A stretch of DNA of 64,000 bases from Octopus bimaculoides (GCF_001194135.2 NC_068981.1:172509498-172573497), one strand, 5' to 3'; counted from the first letter of the stretch, positions 12,289 through 25,409 are shown. Numbers and translations are program-made. The notes: generated by a model from the letters alone, not told the origin.

Positions 12289-15200
12289 ATGTATTGCACA
12301 TATCCATCCCATGTTTGTATTTTTCTTTTCCTCTTAGGTTATGTATATAAAGATTTCAGTAAATTTTTTATAGGTTTCATTTTGTATGTTACAAAACAAG
12401 ACAAATTCTAAGCAGAGCCTTTAAATAGGAAATTAAACTTGGGGCAAGAAACAAACTTGTAACAGTTCTTGGAGAAAAAAAGTTTAGAATATTTTTTTTC
12501 CTTTTTGCTATGATTTTGAGAATATATATTCCACTTTCATAATATATTAGATAATCCATATTTTATCACAGCACACAATAATTATAATTTATAAAACAAC
12601 TGATTAATGATAAAATGATCATATTAAAATGAAATTAATTGATGCTCCAATAATCAGGACTCTACATTTACTAAATGTCTGAAGAATATAGATGAAGGCT
12701 TTTTAAAGATTTGACAAGTTTTGTATAAGACTTCAGCATATATTCATAAATTAGACAACCTTTACAAATGTATGTTGTATAATATTTTAGAAGTGAATTT
12801 GAGGGGTGTTTTTCAATAGCATATAGGTTAAATGAGTATCTAAAAACAGTGGGCATATAGTTATCAAAAAACTACTTTAACTGTTTAGCCATCAACACAT
12901 TTTTATCAATACTAGTATAGCTCCTATATCTAAAATAATCATAATACAATCTTTAAAACACAAAAGCTGTATTAAAGATGTTTTACTTAACTTTACCAAT
13001 TCCAAGTCTTAGCTTGGTTTAAAACTACAATCTTAATCAATGCAGTAAAGACACTTTTTCACTAAGTTGCTATATCTCTTATGTCTATAAGTGAATTTCT
13101 CTATCTAAATATATTACTTGTTACTTGGAGTGACTTAGACAATATTACATTTTTCTCTTCAAGTTACTGGTGAATAACGGCTAAAGCCTGTCCTTCAGTA
13201 GTTCAATTTGAGGAAAATTTGAATATACATGTCTGCTCAATTTAAGCAATGGGATTAGTATGTGAAGACAACTTGAACTAAACAAAATATTTAAATTTTA
13301 TCTCAAATGAAACTTTTTAAAATAACACTGAGAATAATATCCCTATGTTCCAAAATCTCAATATCAAATGACATAAAATAAGAGAGTTGCTAGATTCAAG
13401 AAATTATCTCAATCCAAATTTAGAGAATATGACTTACTATGATTGAAAGTTTCTAAAACAATACACACACACACTTATAGAGCCTTCTTAAACACATAAT
13501 CTACCACAAATTATCACAAACACTAATTACAAATCCATGTTACTTAAACCAAGAACACTGTATATCTTCATTCTCAAGGTTTCAGAGTGGGAACATTCCC
13601 TTTTATTGACACTCCAAATTACTTTAATATGGTTGATTTAAATCATCAAACAAGATTCTTTTTATTGAATATAATTAAAGCATAAAGTTTGACCAGTCCT
13701 TGATTATTACAATATGTCTTAAGATCTGAATACTCCATATCAAATCTTTGTATGTTTTCCTGACATGCTCAGAATCATTTACTGACTTCTTTGTGGAATG
13801 TCACAAAGTTTACCATTTAGCTAGTTGACTGTTGTGCATATGTTGATTAAATCAATATGATTTTGATATTCTGCAAGAGAAAAGTTTCATTTTGTTGAAT
13901 TATTCCCAGTATCTAAATTTGTCAGTCCCAGAATCTAAATGTTGCTCCATTTAAGATTAAGAGATGAATATATATACCAGCTTTATGACGTAATATAATT
14001 TGATTTATTTCAACTTTCAAAAAGTACTCATTTAAACTTCCTCAATTCAATTCAAATCCATGCTAATCATACATATATTACCAGACTTTTGAGGGTTTTT
14101 TTTTTCTCACTCTCTCTCTTCAAAGCATTATATTTCTTCTGTAATAAGGTTTCGCTTTTGGCAGGATATCCATTAATTTTACAATCAGATGAGTCAAAAC
14201 TTTTGTGTAGTTCCAATATTTTTTATTTTCAGGTTGGTTTTAGCCATTTTGACAGTGTCACTCATACACTGGACTTCCTGTCCAAATTCTTACGAAGGCT
14301 ACATAAACAATGGGCTTTGCGGAATTCCTTATTATTCATTAACAGTAGGGTTTTTTATATTTTTTACTTTTTAGCCATTGGTCTTAAGGTAGTTATAGTT
14401 GCATTAATGTTGTGAAATAAACAGAAACTTTTAACCATTTCCTGAGGAATCTATTTGAATTTTTGTTCATTCTCTCTAATTTTGTCTATGGAAATTGTAA
14501 AAGACTAAAGATGATGCTGTAAATATCAACTCCTAAAATTACCAGCCAAATCACAACCTTCAAATGCAATGAGGCTCTCTCTTAGTTCTATTTCAGAATC
14601 ATGTAACATTAAAACTAAATAGTTCATGAAAAAGTATATTCACACAGCAAGGAATGTATGTGCACAACACATACAAGGGAAATGAAAATATATTAGAAGA
14701 GTAAAAAGTAAACAAGTATTTCAAAATCCTGATTGGTAATACTTGAGATAATATAAGTGAATCATTAGTTATGTAGACCAAAGATAGCTGAAAATCCAAG
14801 TATTTTAAAATTTTATTTAATTATTTTTTTGCTATTAAAAACATTGAAGAAATAGTCACAAAGTAACTTCAGAATATAGAAACAAAAAAAGATAATAGCA
14901 ATTTTTGAGGACAGTGAGAGTAAAGACTATATAGATCTTCAATATTAGCAGGAAAATGTAACAAATTAGATTATTTAGTAAACAATGTTGTTGAGGCTGC
15001 ATTAGATAAATATTACCATAACCTCCTCCATACACCATAGTAGAATTTTTCAACCTATTTTTAAAAAGTAACTCTAATTACATGGCAAGAAAAAGTTTTC
15101 TCAGATGATAGCAACTAACAAAACTTCATGTTAGAAATATTTTATATTTTTAAAGCTATTAAAGACTTGACTGCCACTAGTAATCACCTTATTACCACCA

Positions 15201-16719
15201 ATAAACACCTTACTACCTCTAAATAATCAACATTTAGTCTTTAAAACTAATAAGCAAACATACATTTTCTCTTTACTACGATCTGTTTCGATCACATTTA
15301 AGGTGATCTTTACAGCATGGCTACTATCAGTGTTTTAACACAAGAGTAGAACAACGAAAATAGTTTTTTAAAATTTATATACATATTTTCTGTGTAGAAA
15401 CAAGATACTGACTTTTCTATATTGATTTAATTCTAAAATACTTGGTGAAAATATGCATTTACAAAAACATTTTTTTAATTATTATAAACAAAGTTTGTTT
15501 ATTAATATTAATTCTATTTGAAATTTAATTCTGGTATCCTACTTTTCATTATATTAATTCAAATGTATGAGAAGATTACATACTTCTTGATAACAAGTCG
15601 CCATCCATTTGAAAAGGTAAAGTTTGATCTGAAAATTTTCTGAAACAGTTCAGTATTCTTTCCATGTCAAGATATTGTTAATACTTTCAAAAAGAAACTT
15701 TACAATTGGAAAATTATCTAAAAGAAATGTTCCTAGTGATAATCTAATTACACAAAATATTCAACTTTCTTTCCCTCTCCCATCCAACCTATCATCTACT
15801 TTCATACATCAGCAAGAACTTGTTATTAGAATGCATACAGGCATATTTTTAATGGTCTTCATTCAGATAAAACTGATACATCACACTGGCATATCAGAAA
15901 TATCGTAAGACTGGAACATGTAATTAAACAAATCTAGCAATAACAGCAAAACAACACTCAAAATTGAAAAAGAAAATAGTCAAGAAATAAATAAATAAAT
16001 AAATAAAGCAAGAGTTTTTAATTTCGAAAGGGTTAGATTGAACAAAATGTATTCTCTCTGAAGATCATGTTCCTGAAAAGTGAATGTGTGTATGTATGGA
16101 TGGCCACGCAGTAAAAATTAGTATTCATTGACAAAACAGTTAACTATTAATCTTTTTCCAAAGGCAGACAGAGTGAGTGTGAGCTTGTGCATGTATGTAT
16201 GGAGCATGTGTGAGTAAATGATGTATTTGTGTATTATGTTCAGAGTTGACATGTAATTCAAGAAACTCTCCAAAATCTATCCAGTCAGCAACCATAGACA
16301 TACTAACTCTAACCAATTTGACATATGATCAAATATATCTCTGTCAGAATATAGAAATAGGCTAATAGTAACAATTTTTTGAGAGCAAAAGATATTGTAA
16401 GAAAGACTGGTCCATTGCTTTAAAACCTAAAAATTATGCTTATAAATGCTACATTCATTAATTGTAATCAAGTTAATGATTTTCTTCCCAATACACAAAT
16501 GATACCTTTTGAAATGGAATTATTCTTGCAAAACACAGTTGATTCAATGTAGTATAGAAAAAATTCTTTAAATAGAAATAACAAGTTCAGATAATCATTC
16601 AAGGATATGAAGGTTTAAAATAATCAGAAATTTATATAGGCTAAATTCTAGAGGAATTTAACCATAAACAATACTGTGTTGACAAAGCTCTCACTGGCTC
16701 ACACTAACTCTGGTAAGCC

Positions 16720-17330
16720 TTAAGACTTAATTCTGAATCCCATAAACTTCATTCCAAATATCAACGACCTACTTGCTGTCATGTCCAATAATGCCCATTC
16801 CTACACAGATGACACTACTTGTCATTCTTTATCCTTCCCTGCTCAAGCATCGTTTACATGCAACACCTCACACCAAAGTATTACTACATGAAAGAAATCT
16901 TGAAAACATTTTCCAATGGAATCAAGCCAATCTTGTCCCTTTGAACAGCAAAAGGGCATTGTTGCTATGAAAACAAAAGAAAAAACATTTTTGCACATCA
17001 CTCTCCTTAAGCAAGAGCAGCATGCATCTAGAACCCTTGTAACTGCTCTAGATTATTGAGGATAACTGATGGTGAATGTATATCCTGACAAAACTAGTTA
17101 CTAAGCTCTCAACAATTACTAAGCTTTTACAAAGCTCAAGTGAACCCTACAATGGAGTACTGCTCCCATCTGAAGTGATGCTACTGCTGCTATCACAGAC
17201 ATCTTATGCTGCATTCAGATAATGGGCACTGAACTGATTGCATTAAGCCATTTATAGATATATTTGTCTCTGGCCTACAAATACATTGTTTCTTCTCCCT
17301 GAATTTCTGTCACTATGACATTGGCCTCTC
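16720..17330 (+). mobile_element. Degenerate CR1/L2/Jockey-type LINE RT remnant
   Basis: INDLLAVMSNNAHSYTDDTT (YADD-like); RNLENIFQWNQANLVPLNSK; KAQV..TMEYCSH. Confidence 0.75.
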
Positions 17331-17371
17331 CTCCTTCAAGGAACAGAGGTCAATGTCATAGTGACAGAAAT
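17303..17371. repeat. 69-nt hairpin (27-bp stem including one G-U, 15-nt loop)
   Basis: atttctgtcactatgacattggcctct-cctccttcaaggaac-agaggtcaatgtcatagtgacagaaat. Confidence 0.92.
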
Positions 17372-17959
17372 CTTGAATATTTTCAAGATCCTTAAAGACC
17401 CTTAGAAGCCTAGCTACTCTTACCATACAATTTTTTAGAACTGAAAATAAAAGGCATCAATTTCTCTTATATTTTATTAATAACTGATTTACTCTTTTCT
17501 GAATCACATTTGTATAAGAACAAGGTAATCTATTTCTTCACAAACAACCCCACTTTTTTAATCCAACCCAAACTAACATAGAAAGAATTAAGACAATGAT
17601 GAAGGTGATGTGACATTAAGTGTATTTGGGATGCTGAAAGTTCATACGAATTTAACCTACAAACCATTTACAATCAAGAAAGGAAAAAATGTGAACACTT
17701 TAAAAGTGGTTCATTTTGTAACTTCCAATATTTGCTATGTCCCCATGGCTTTAGGTATGGCTCTGAGATAACAAAAATTATATCCAAATATCTAATACAT
17801 GAATAAGCAAAGACCTTAAAATGTCAGATTTTCAACAAAGAATTATTATTTTGTAAAAATGTGAAGAAAAAAATAACTGAATATGAAGTTTGTCATGTGT
17901 AAAATATATTAAGCTTTTGCTTTCTAAAAGAGATAATTGTTAAGTCGAGAAAATCCTTT

Positions 17960-18187
17960 TGTCAAGGACATGACACCCTCTCTAATACTGGTGCCACATG
18001 AAAACTGTACCCAGTACACTCTGTAAAGTGGTTGCTGTTAGGAAGGGTTTTTAGACAAAGAAACCATGCCAAGGAAGGGATGGTCTGGATAAGAATTGAC
18101 TCAAATAGTAACAACCCATCAAACCCATGCCAGTAAGGTAAGCAGACATAAAATGACGATGATGATGATGATGATGATGATGATGAT
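17960..18187 (+). mobile_element. Diverged RTE-tail short retroposon with (GAT)n tail
   Basis: ccagtacactctgtaaagtggttgctgttaggaaggg...aaacccatgccag...gatgatgat. Confidence 0.7.
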
Positions 18188-19334
18188 AAAAATTTTCAAA
18201 TGTATGAAGAGAGCAGTTGATAAAATAAAAAACATTCCCAAAATTTTCAGCAGACCACTTTCAGAAATAAAATACATATCTTGACATATTTTAACCTGAG
18301 AATATAAACCATACATTTAGTTTGCATAATTATTACCCTTGTTATGAAAGTACTGGAAATCCATAAAAATAAATAAAATTCACAAACAAGACCAACTACA
18401 TTAAGAGACCAAGCATAGAAGAAAATAAGGAAAAAGAAAATTTTCTTCAAACAAATTGAATTAAAACTATAATTGTTGTAAATTATGAGTGATGTACATT
18501 ATATAGATGAAAAGAAGCAGAGAGGAATGGAAAAAAAATATTCAAATTTGGAAAATATTAAGAAAAGCTATCTGAGAATGAAAATTATATATACATAGTG
18601 AGTAAATAAAAGTTTTAACTAATTTAAGAAAATATACAAACAAAAAAGCATTTTGATAGTTTCAATAAATTCACAGCTCAGTTTTGGGAATGCAAGTTTA
18701 TAAACTGCTAAAAGAAAGGAAAAATTAATAAATTTTGCCAAGAGAGTTATAAATACATCTTCCATTAAGTTTTCTATATTTCAGTATATAAGAAAAAAGT
18801 TATAATTTTTCTTGTATGAGACAATATATTAAATGACTAAAGCTCCACGAAGCAGCAGTTCAAATTAAAAAGTAATCAAATATTCATCAACTGATAGAAA
18901 TAAAATTTGTTTAAAAAAAAATCTTTAAAAAAATATTTGTTTGAAATAAAAGTGATAGCAAGAACTGTTAACTGAAAATATGTTGAATGTACATGGTCCA
19001 GGTGGTTTTTATTAAATTCAAAGATTTTCATGATGGTGACAGGAGTGGTGTGAATGCATGGCAATTATAAAATGCATGCAGTTTATATAATAATGATGCT
19101 TTTCTACAAATAGGCATAATTGGTGAGTGTTAATTGTGACATGAGAAAAATGCAATCTCATAGATAGAATTCAGGAATTTAAGAGATTAAAAAAAAAAAA
19201 TCATTAAAAAAAAAGATTTCCAAAATAAAATTTAAAATATATTTGAAACTGAAAAAGTAGTCAGTATAGGCAATGAAAGGTAAATTATATACAAAATATA
19301 GTGCACTAAATAATGGTTAAATAAACCTACTCAC

Positions 19335-19444
19335 ATCTTGAATAATTGGAACCCCAAGGTGTTGCATATCATTTATAATCCATTTTTCTTCAGCTGGGAT
19401 ATGTGCATGTTGAACAAGTTTGGCTAAATTCTCTTCAGAAATAC
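19335..19444 (-). CDS. STXBP1: Munc18-1 exon 12, (G)[36 protein letters not shown]; last exon found in the window
   Basis: Acceptor atttcag, donor gtgagt. 110 nt, ends phase 0. No stop codon is reached, so the gene continues. Confidence 0.97.
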
Positions 19445-19685
19445 CTGAAATATTTAGGTTTTGTTGTTAGTGATGGATGTTTTTCTTATAGAAATATATT
19501 AATTGAAATAAAATAAATATGGAAGAAAGAAAATGACAGCAAAATTATTTATTATTAACATTTTCTGAAAATTATCATCATGCCTTAAATCTTTTGTTAA
19601 AATGCATTTCACTTAAGAGTCAAAATGAATTTTCCCTCATAAAATGAATTTTTAATGAATTTTAAATAAAAGAAAGAATAAGTAC

Positions 19686-19824
19686 CGCCTTTATGAATTA
19701 TATATAGAAGAATTATTCTAATCTTATCATAAGCTGTTATTTTTTGGTCTAACAAAATTGGTACAATGTTCCTCATGTGGTCCTTGATTTTCTCTCCATC
19801 AGCATCTGTTCCCATTGCAAGATC
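19686..19824 (-). CDS. STXBP1: Munc18-1 exon 11, [46 protein letters not shown](G)
   Basis: Acceptor ctacag, donor gtactt. 139 nt; also in the ORF track. Confidence 0.97.
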
Positions 19825-20059
19825 CTGTAGTAAATATATATAAGAAAAATTTCACTAAAGTCACTCACTATGATAATAAATTTAATGTTAAATTCAAATT
19901 ACGACAAATGTAAATAAACAAACAAAGTTTGCTTTTAGAAGTGTTGAGATGTGTTAGAAAGTTAAAGAAGTGATTTTTTAAATTCTCAATCGCAGAATAA
20001 TGCTAATAATATAGCCTGAACAGGATAAACTATCCCTATTTTGCAGAGAAAAGTGTAGG

Positions 20060-20134
20060 TGGTTAGCTGTGGACACGAACTTACATCCCTGTGATTATGC
20101 GTCACAATGCTTTGACCGATTAAGCTAAACTACC
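20060..20134 (-). pseudogene. tRNA-Met(CAT)-like pseudogene or tRNA-derived repeat head
   Basis: GGTAGTTTAGCTTAATCGGTCAAAGCATTGTGACGCATAATCACAGGGATGTAAGTTCGTGTCCACAGCTAACCA. Anticodon stem TGTGA/TCACA with loop CG-CAT-AA; G in place of U33; broken T-stem. Confidence 0.55.
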
Positions 20135-20227
20135 CACTACAAATTCCTCTGCAAATTAAGATATATAAATCTTGCTTTATGAGACGCTCTCATATGTTAA
20201 ATTCAAATTGCGACAAACGTAAATAAA

Positions 20228-20865
20228 NNNNNNNNNNNNNNNNNNNNNNNNNNNNNNNNNNNNNNNNNNNNNNNNNNNNNNNNNNNNNNNNNNNNNNNNN
20301 NNNNNNNNNNNNNNNNNNNNNNNNNNNNNNNNNNNNNNNNNNNNNNNNNNNNNNNNNNNNNNNNNNNNNNNNNNNNNNNNNNNNNNNNNNNNNNNNNNNN
20401 NNNNNNNNNNNNNNNNNNNNNNNNNNNNNNNNNNNNNNNNNNNNNNNNNNNNNNNNNNNNNNNNNNNNNNNNNNNNNNNNNNNNNNNNNNNNNNNNNNNN
20501 NNNNNNNNNNNNNNNNNNNNNNNNNNNNNNNNNNNNNNNNNNNNNNNNNNNNNNNNNNNNNNNNNNNNNNNNNNNNNNNNNNNNNNNNNNNNNNNNNNNN
20601 NNNNNNNNNNNNNNNNNNNNNNNNNNNNNNNNNNNNNNNNNNNNNNNNNNNNNNNNNNNNNNNNNNNNNNNNNNNNNNNNNNNNNNNNNNNNNNNNNNNN
20701 NNNNNNNNNNNNNNNNNNNNNNNNNNNNNNNNNNNNNNNNNNNNNNNNNNNNNNNNNNNNNNNNNNNNNNNNNNNNNNNNNNNNNNNNNNNNNNNNNNNN
20801 NNNNNNNNNNNNNNNNNNNNNNNNNNNNNNNNNNNNNNNNNNNNNNNNNNNNNNNNNNNNNNNNN
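20228..20865. other. Assembly gap (638 N) in STXBP1 intron 10
   Basis: N run. Other gaps lie at 30858-30867, 41479-41578, 42513-42522, 56091-56190 and ~62807-62990. Confidence 0.99.
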
Positions 20866-21129
20866 GTGATTGGATAGTGAAAAGTGTTTTTATGAACTAA
20901 GTTTTTTTATATCACCTATTACTTAACGCATGCACATAAGTGCAATTCCATGAAATTTTGGTGCTCCTTTAAGAGGCAGATATATGCAATTTAACTAAAG
21001 GTTGTATCATATGTATGGGATATTTTTTTTTTGTTTATGGGGGAAATGGAAAAATAAGAGTGAATATTTATTTTATGAGTGCTGTGTTAAGTCTATAAAA
21101 TTGTGCATAAAATATATAAAGTGTATAGA

Positions 21130-21530
21130 TCATCATCATCATCATCATCATTGTTGTTTAACGTCTGCTTTCCATGCTAGCATGGATTGGACGATTTGAC
21201 TGGGGACTGGTGAACCAGGTGGCTACACCAGGCTCCAATCTGATTTGGCAGAGTTTCTACAGCTGGATGCCCTTCCTAACGCCAACCACTCCGAGAGTGT
21301 AGTGGGTGCTTTTACGTGTCACCCGCACAAAGGCCAGTCAGGTGGTACTGGCAACGGCCACGCTCAAAATGGTGTCTTTTACGTGCCACCTTCACAGGAG
21401 CCAGTCCAGCGGCACTGGCAACGATCTCGTTCGAATGTTCTTACATGTGCCATCACGATTTTGCTTTCGCTTGCCTCAACAGGTCTTCGCAAGCCGAGTT
21501 TCTGTGTCCAACGAGGGAGACGAAGTTGGC
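21130..21530 (-). mobile_element. Young RTE-tail retroposon
   Basis: (CAT)n then gtttaacgtctgctttccatgctagcatgg...ggatgcccttcctaacgccaaccactccgagagtg. Near-identical to the copies at 33516 and 63757. Confidence 0.9.
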
Positions 21531-22045
21531 ATGGGTGCCATCCGTTGAAATTAGTTCGACATTGTTTTTTTTTTTTTTTTGCTCCCACATAAATATATTT
21601 CATTTGATTTTTAAAGCTCCCTGAATTAAATGTGCTAATATCTAATTAATCATTGATTTTGCATATAAATGCCATTTCCATATGATTTACTCTCTGGAAT
21701 ATATCAACTCCTGTACAATATTGTACAACTACTTTGTGAGTCTGTCATCAATACTTCAGCAAATACAATGAAATCGATGCTTTGCTGTAGAGGTCTAAGA
21801 AGACTAGATAAAGTGCATTAAGTAATCACCACATTCCAATTTCTTTCACCTTTCAATGAGTAGCAGATGAGTGACTATCTTTCGAAACATATACAACACA
21901 GGTTACATTTTCAGGATTTTTGGATAAAGATTTCAGAAATAACCCAATAGATTTACCATTAATTCCGTGAAATATTCACAGGTCCTGCTAGTAAATTTTA
22001 AAAGAATAAGTGAACATAAAATTGAAAGAAATTAAAAAGACAAAC

Positions 22046-22253
22046 CTGTTCAACTTTACACAATTTGTCCACATGTTGTTGGTATTGCTTCATGCAATCT
22101 TCAGCTAAGTGGAGATGTGTGGAATATTTGGAAAGTTCTTTCTGATATTGTGGCATCTTTTTTAACATCTGTGATAAATCTTTAATTCCGGCTTTATCAG
22201 CTGTACCCATTCTCTTTGCATCAGCAAACTGCTTTAGTTTCTTTGTCACATTT
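22046..22253 (-). CDS. STXBP1: Munc18-1 exon 10, (Q)[69 protein letters not shown]
   Basis: Acceptor taatag, donor gtttgt. 208 nt. Domain 3a motif [24 protein letters not shown]; also in the ORF track. Confidence 0.98.
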
Positions 22254-22559
22254 CTATTAAGATTAAGCAGATTACATCAATTCAGAAAGGAAAAAGAAAA
22301 TCTTATATTCAATCAATCACTCTAAATACACACCTAAGTTAAAACCACAAAACATAAATAAATCAAATTTCAATATTTTCTTTCTTTTTTTTTAATCAAC
22401 ATTAACCATTTTTAAATTGCATCTGTTCTGAAATTCATTTGACAAACTAGTTCATACATTTAATTGCTAAATTTCTTACCACAATTTATAAAAAAAATTT
22501 CCTTGAACATTATAGCAACAAAATAAAGTTTCTCAATGCTGATGAAAAGTTGTGATAGG

Positions 22560-23900
22560 ATGATATCTTCAAATCAGTTGTGACCTCTAAGTTCAAAGTA
22601 CAAGATCTGTTTGGCTATTTTTGTGTCTAGCATCCATTTAATATGGCCTAATGATTGGAGTTGATGTTTTTCAATGATGGTTTGGATTCCTATGGATTTT
22701 GTTCTTGTCAGTATCTCTTCTTATTTGGTAATCAGGATTAATTGCAGTTTTGCTGGATGAAATCTCTAAAGACAACATAAATGATGCTGATACATATTCA
22801 AGTCCAACAGCAGTACAGATATATGTTCAGCCCTACAGCAGTAAGACACACCAAACTTTTGTTTTGAGTCTCAGGTCATAGTTGTGAAAAACATTACGTT
22901 AAAAGCACCCAAAAGTTTTGCTTGCAGCCAGTTGATCTCAAATGTAAGGAAGAAAAAAATTGGACAAAATGCTGCTAAGAGACAAAGAATGAAATTTTGA
23001 CTAGTTCACTATGGTTAGTGATTTGAAGAGGCTTTTCTTCCTTTTTAAGTAGACATCAGCAAAAAACTTTAGTATGCTGACACTAGAACCAGACATCTTG
23101 CAAGTATTAATAAATGAAGTGGAGGTGGTGCATCTACTGAAGTGAGCTGAATATGGCACAACATGTGAGCACATGGCAGCTCACAGATCATCATGATTTA
23201 TTGATTTAAGTTGGTATAGATTAAAAAGTCCATGAAAATCTTTAACCAGATTATAGAAAAAGATAAGTTTCTGTTGTTCTCGGCAGCAAACATCAAGTCA
23301 GTCTTTGAGAAAGAAAGCTGCATTTTCCTCCACAAAGCAAGCTTTGTTCAGTCACTGAACAAGAAGTGAGATTCCCAGCCACAAACATCAAGGTCTGTTT
23401 GGGTAAATGATCCTGGATTCCAAACTGAAGAACTATCAATGTCTCAAGGTAGATATAAAAACACAACCATAGAATTCAAAATGACTGGTGGGAAAACCAA
23501 GGTCAATAAAACCCAAAGTTACGCTGACCAAAATGATATGACCTCCACTCTGCTAAATTGTACAAACAAAGAGAATCATACTTGAAAACTCCAACAGATT
23601 CTACAACTATAGAAAAAATATATTTATCCTTAATTAAAGATGTGTTAAAGAATTTTCTTTGTCTTCTTTTCAGTGGAGTATTTACTTCTTGCCAAACCAT
23701 ATGATGGTATGATCGTCCTGAAACTTGGATTTTCTACACTAAGAAGTATTCCAGCCTTGGCTTGGATCCCGACAGTGTTGATAGCCTAGTATTTGAGTTG
23801 AGTGCTTCTCTGGAAATACCCAACTTCACACCCAACCAACTTTAAAGATATCAGTATTTTGACCATTTGCCAAAAATGACTGTGGAGTATGTGGAGAAAC
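22560..23900 (-). mobile_element. Highly decayed non-LTR retrotransposon-like sequence
   Basis: Higher GC than the flanks and stop-riddled frames, with a VESVGVFKY segment resembling RTE V..F.YLG. Family not assigned. Confidence 0.35.
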
Positions 23901-23985
23901 ACAGCAGGATATTGTCATTATCATCAACAAGTAAGATCTTACCCTGAATACTAGAAGTACATAAATTACAAAAAAATGAACTTAC

Positions 23986-24093
23986 TGAGAGACAACTGCA
24001 ATGTGTTGGTGTCGCATTTCAACCCACAAGTCATCATTTTCATCTAAAAGTACTTCTTTTTCTGGTACTTCATTTCCACCAATATTTACATAT
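23986..24093 (-). CDS. STXBP1: Munc18-1 exon 9, (K)[35 protein letters not shown](Q)
   Basis: Acceptor ctctctag, donor gtaagt. 108 nt, phase 2-2. Contains the LDE.DDLW..RH.HIA motif. Confidence 0.97.
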
Positions 24094-25409
24094 CTAGAGA
24101 GAACATCAAAAGAAATAATTTAACCTTAAAATATAATACGTCATTTAAATTTATGTCTAGTCTAAATCTTGCAACAACCAAGATTTAGACACAAATTCAA
24201 TAAGTGAGAAATGATAAAGACAGTGATTAAGAGTAGGAAATCAGGAAAAACAAACTACAATCAAACATGGTACACTTATTAAGAGGCTCATTTTACACAT
24301 GGGTTCAGGTTTGCTCCCACTGTGCAGTATATTGGACAAGAATCTTCCACTTTTCCTTCATTTGACCAACACCTTGTAGGTAGAATGTCGTTGCTGGAAA
24401 TTGTGCAAAAGCCCATCATTTTACACACACATATGCATGAATGTATGTAATATACACATACATACAGATTTAGAAATATTCAGCAAATGTACAAAAAAAG
24501 ACTACATTCCTGTGCAAACATGGCAAAGATAATGCTAAACATGAGGTAGCAATAGTAATAGGATGCTCAAACTAATCTCATCTTCTCAATGTATAAGTGA
24601 AATGTGATCTTTCTTGAGGATCACATCTCAGAGGACAGTAACTCAAAATAAAAAATGACCAGACTGTGATAATCTGTTCAACACATGCCAGCATGTAAAG
24701 CAGATACAAAATCATGATAATGATGTATGCATGTGTGTGTGTGTGTGCATCTTTTGCCAGAGGGTATAACTATCATTAAAAAAATTCTTTAAAACTTAAA
24801 TAAAAAACTGTTGGTTCTCAAATAAAGTCCCTTGCAATATGTATTCTATGCTGAGTTACAAATATATGCTTTCTTTGCAACTACCAGAAATGCATTGAAT
24901 CAGTGATTGGCCCATTGGATACAGAATAAAAATAAATATAATATTTAAAATGCTAAGAGAATCAAGATGAATAGGTGTTACAGGATTGTACAGGATTAGA
25001 ATATATTGAAATCCTGAAAGGATTGGCGTAACAGTACCATAAGTGATAGCTATATAAGTACCATAAGTGATAGGTATAAAAGATATACCCTCTTGAGGAA
25101 AACTGAAAAAGTTCTTTAAAAATACAATGAAGGTGATAGAAAGAGTTAGCAGAGTTAGAATAAAATAGCTATGGCTTCTGTAAACTACACTTAGGATAAA
25201 TACCAGGACTTGAGGTTGTATATCTTGAGGTACAACTTCAAGAGAAATTCTTTAAGAAGAAACAACTGTTTAACATTTGTCAACTAAAAGGCCTCTGCCA
25301 GAATTCCAAACCCAATCACCTGGTAGGCAATGAAAAAATATCTAGATGTGATGAATACTTTTTCAGACCACATGTTAGAAGTAAAATCAAAATCAATAGT
25401 GAATTCATC

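Noticed and set aside
12071-12411. ORF-track peptides rich in HT, CV or YI repeats (also 30743-31008, 41385-41689, 62664-63308)
   Set aside because: Translations of microsatellites and N gaps, not genes.
15580-15640. Minus-strand exon-like segment (gtttcag...gtatgt), with a similar one near 15260-15330
   Set aside because: Translations do not resemble the expected GGRRK...SRWTP exon; such motifs are common in AT-rich introns.
21245-21624. Several overlapping 74-115 aa ORFs
   Set aside because: All lie within a young RTE-tail retroposon.
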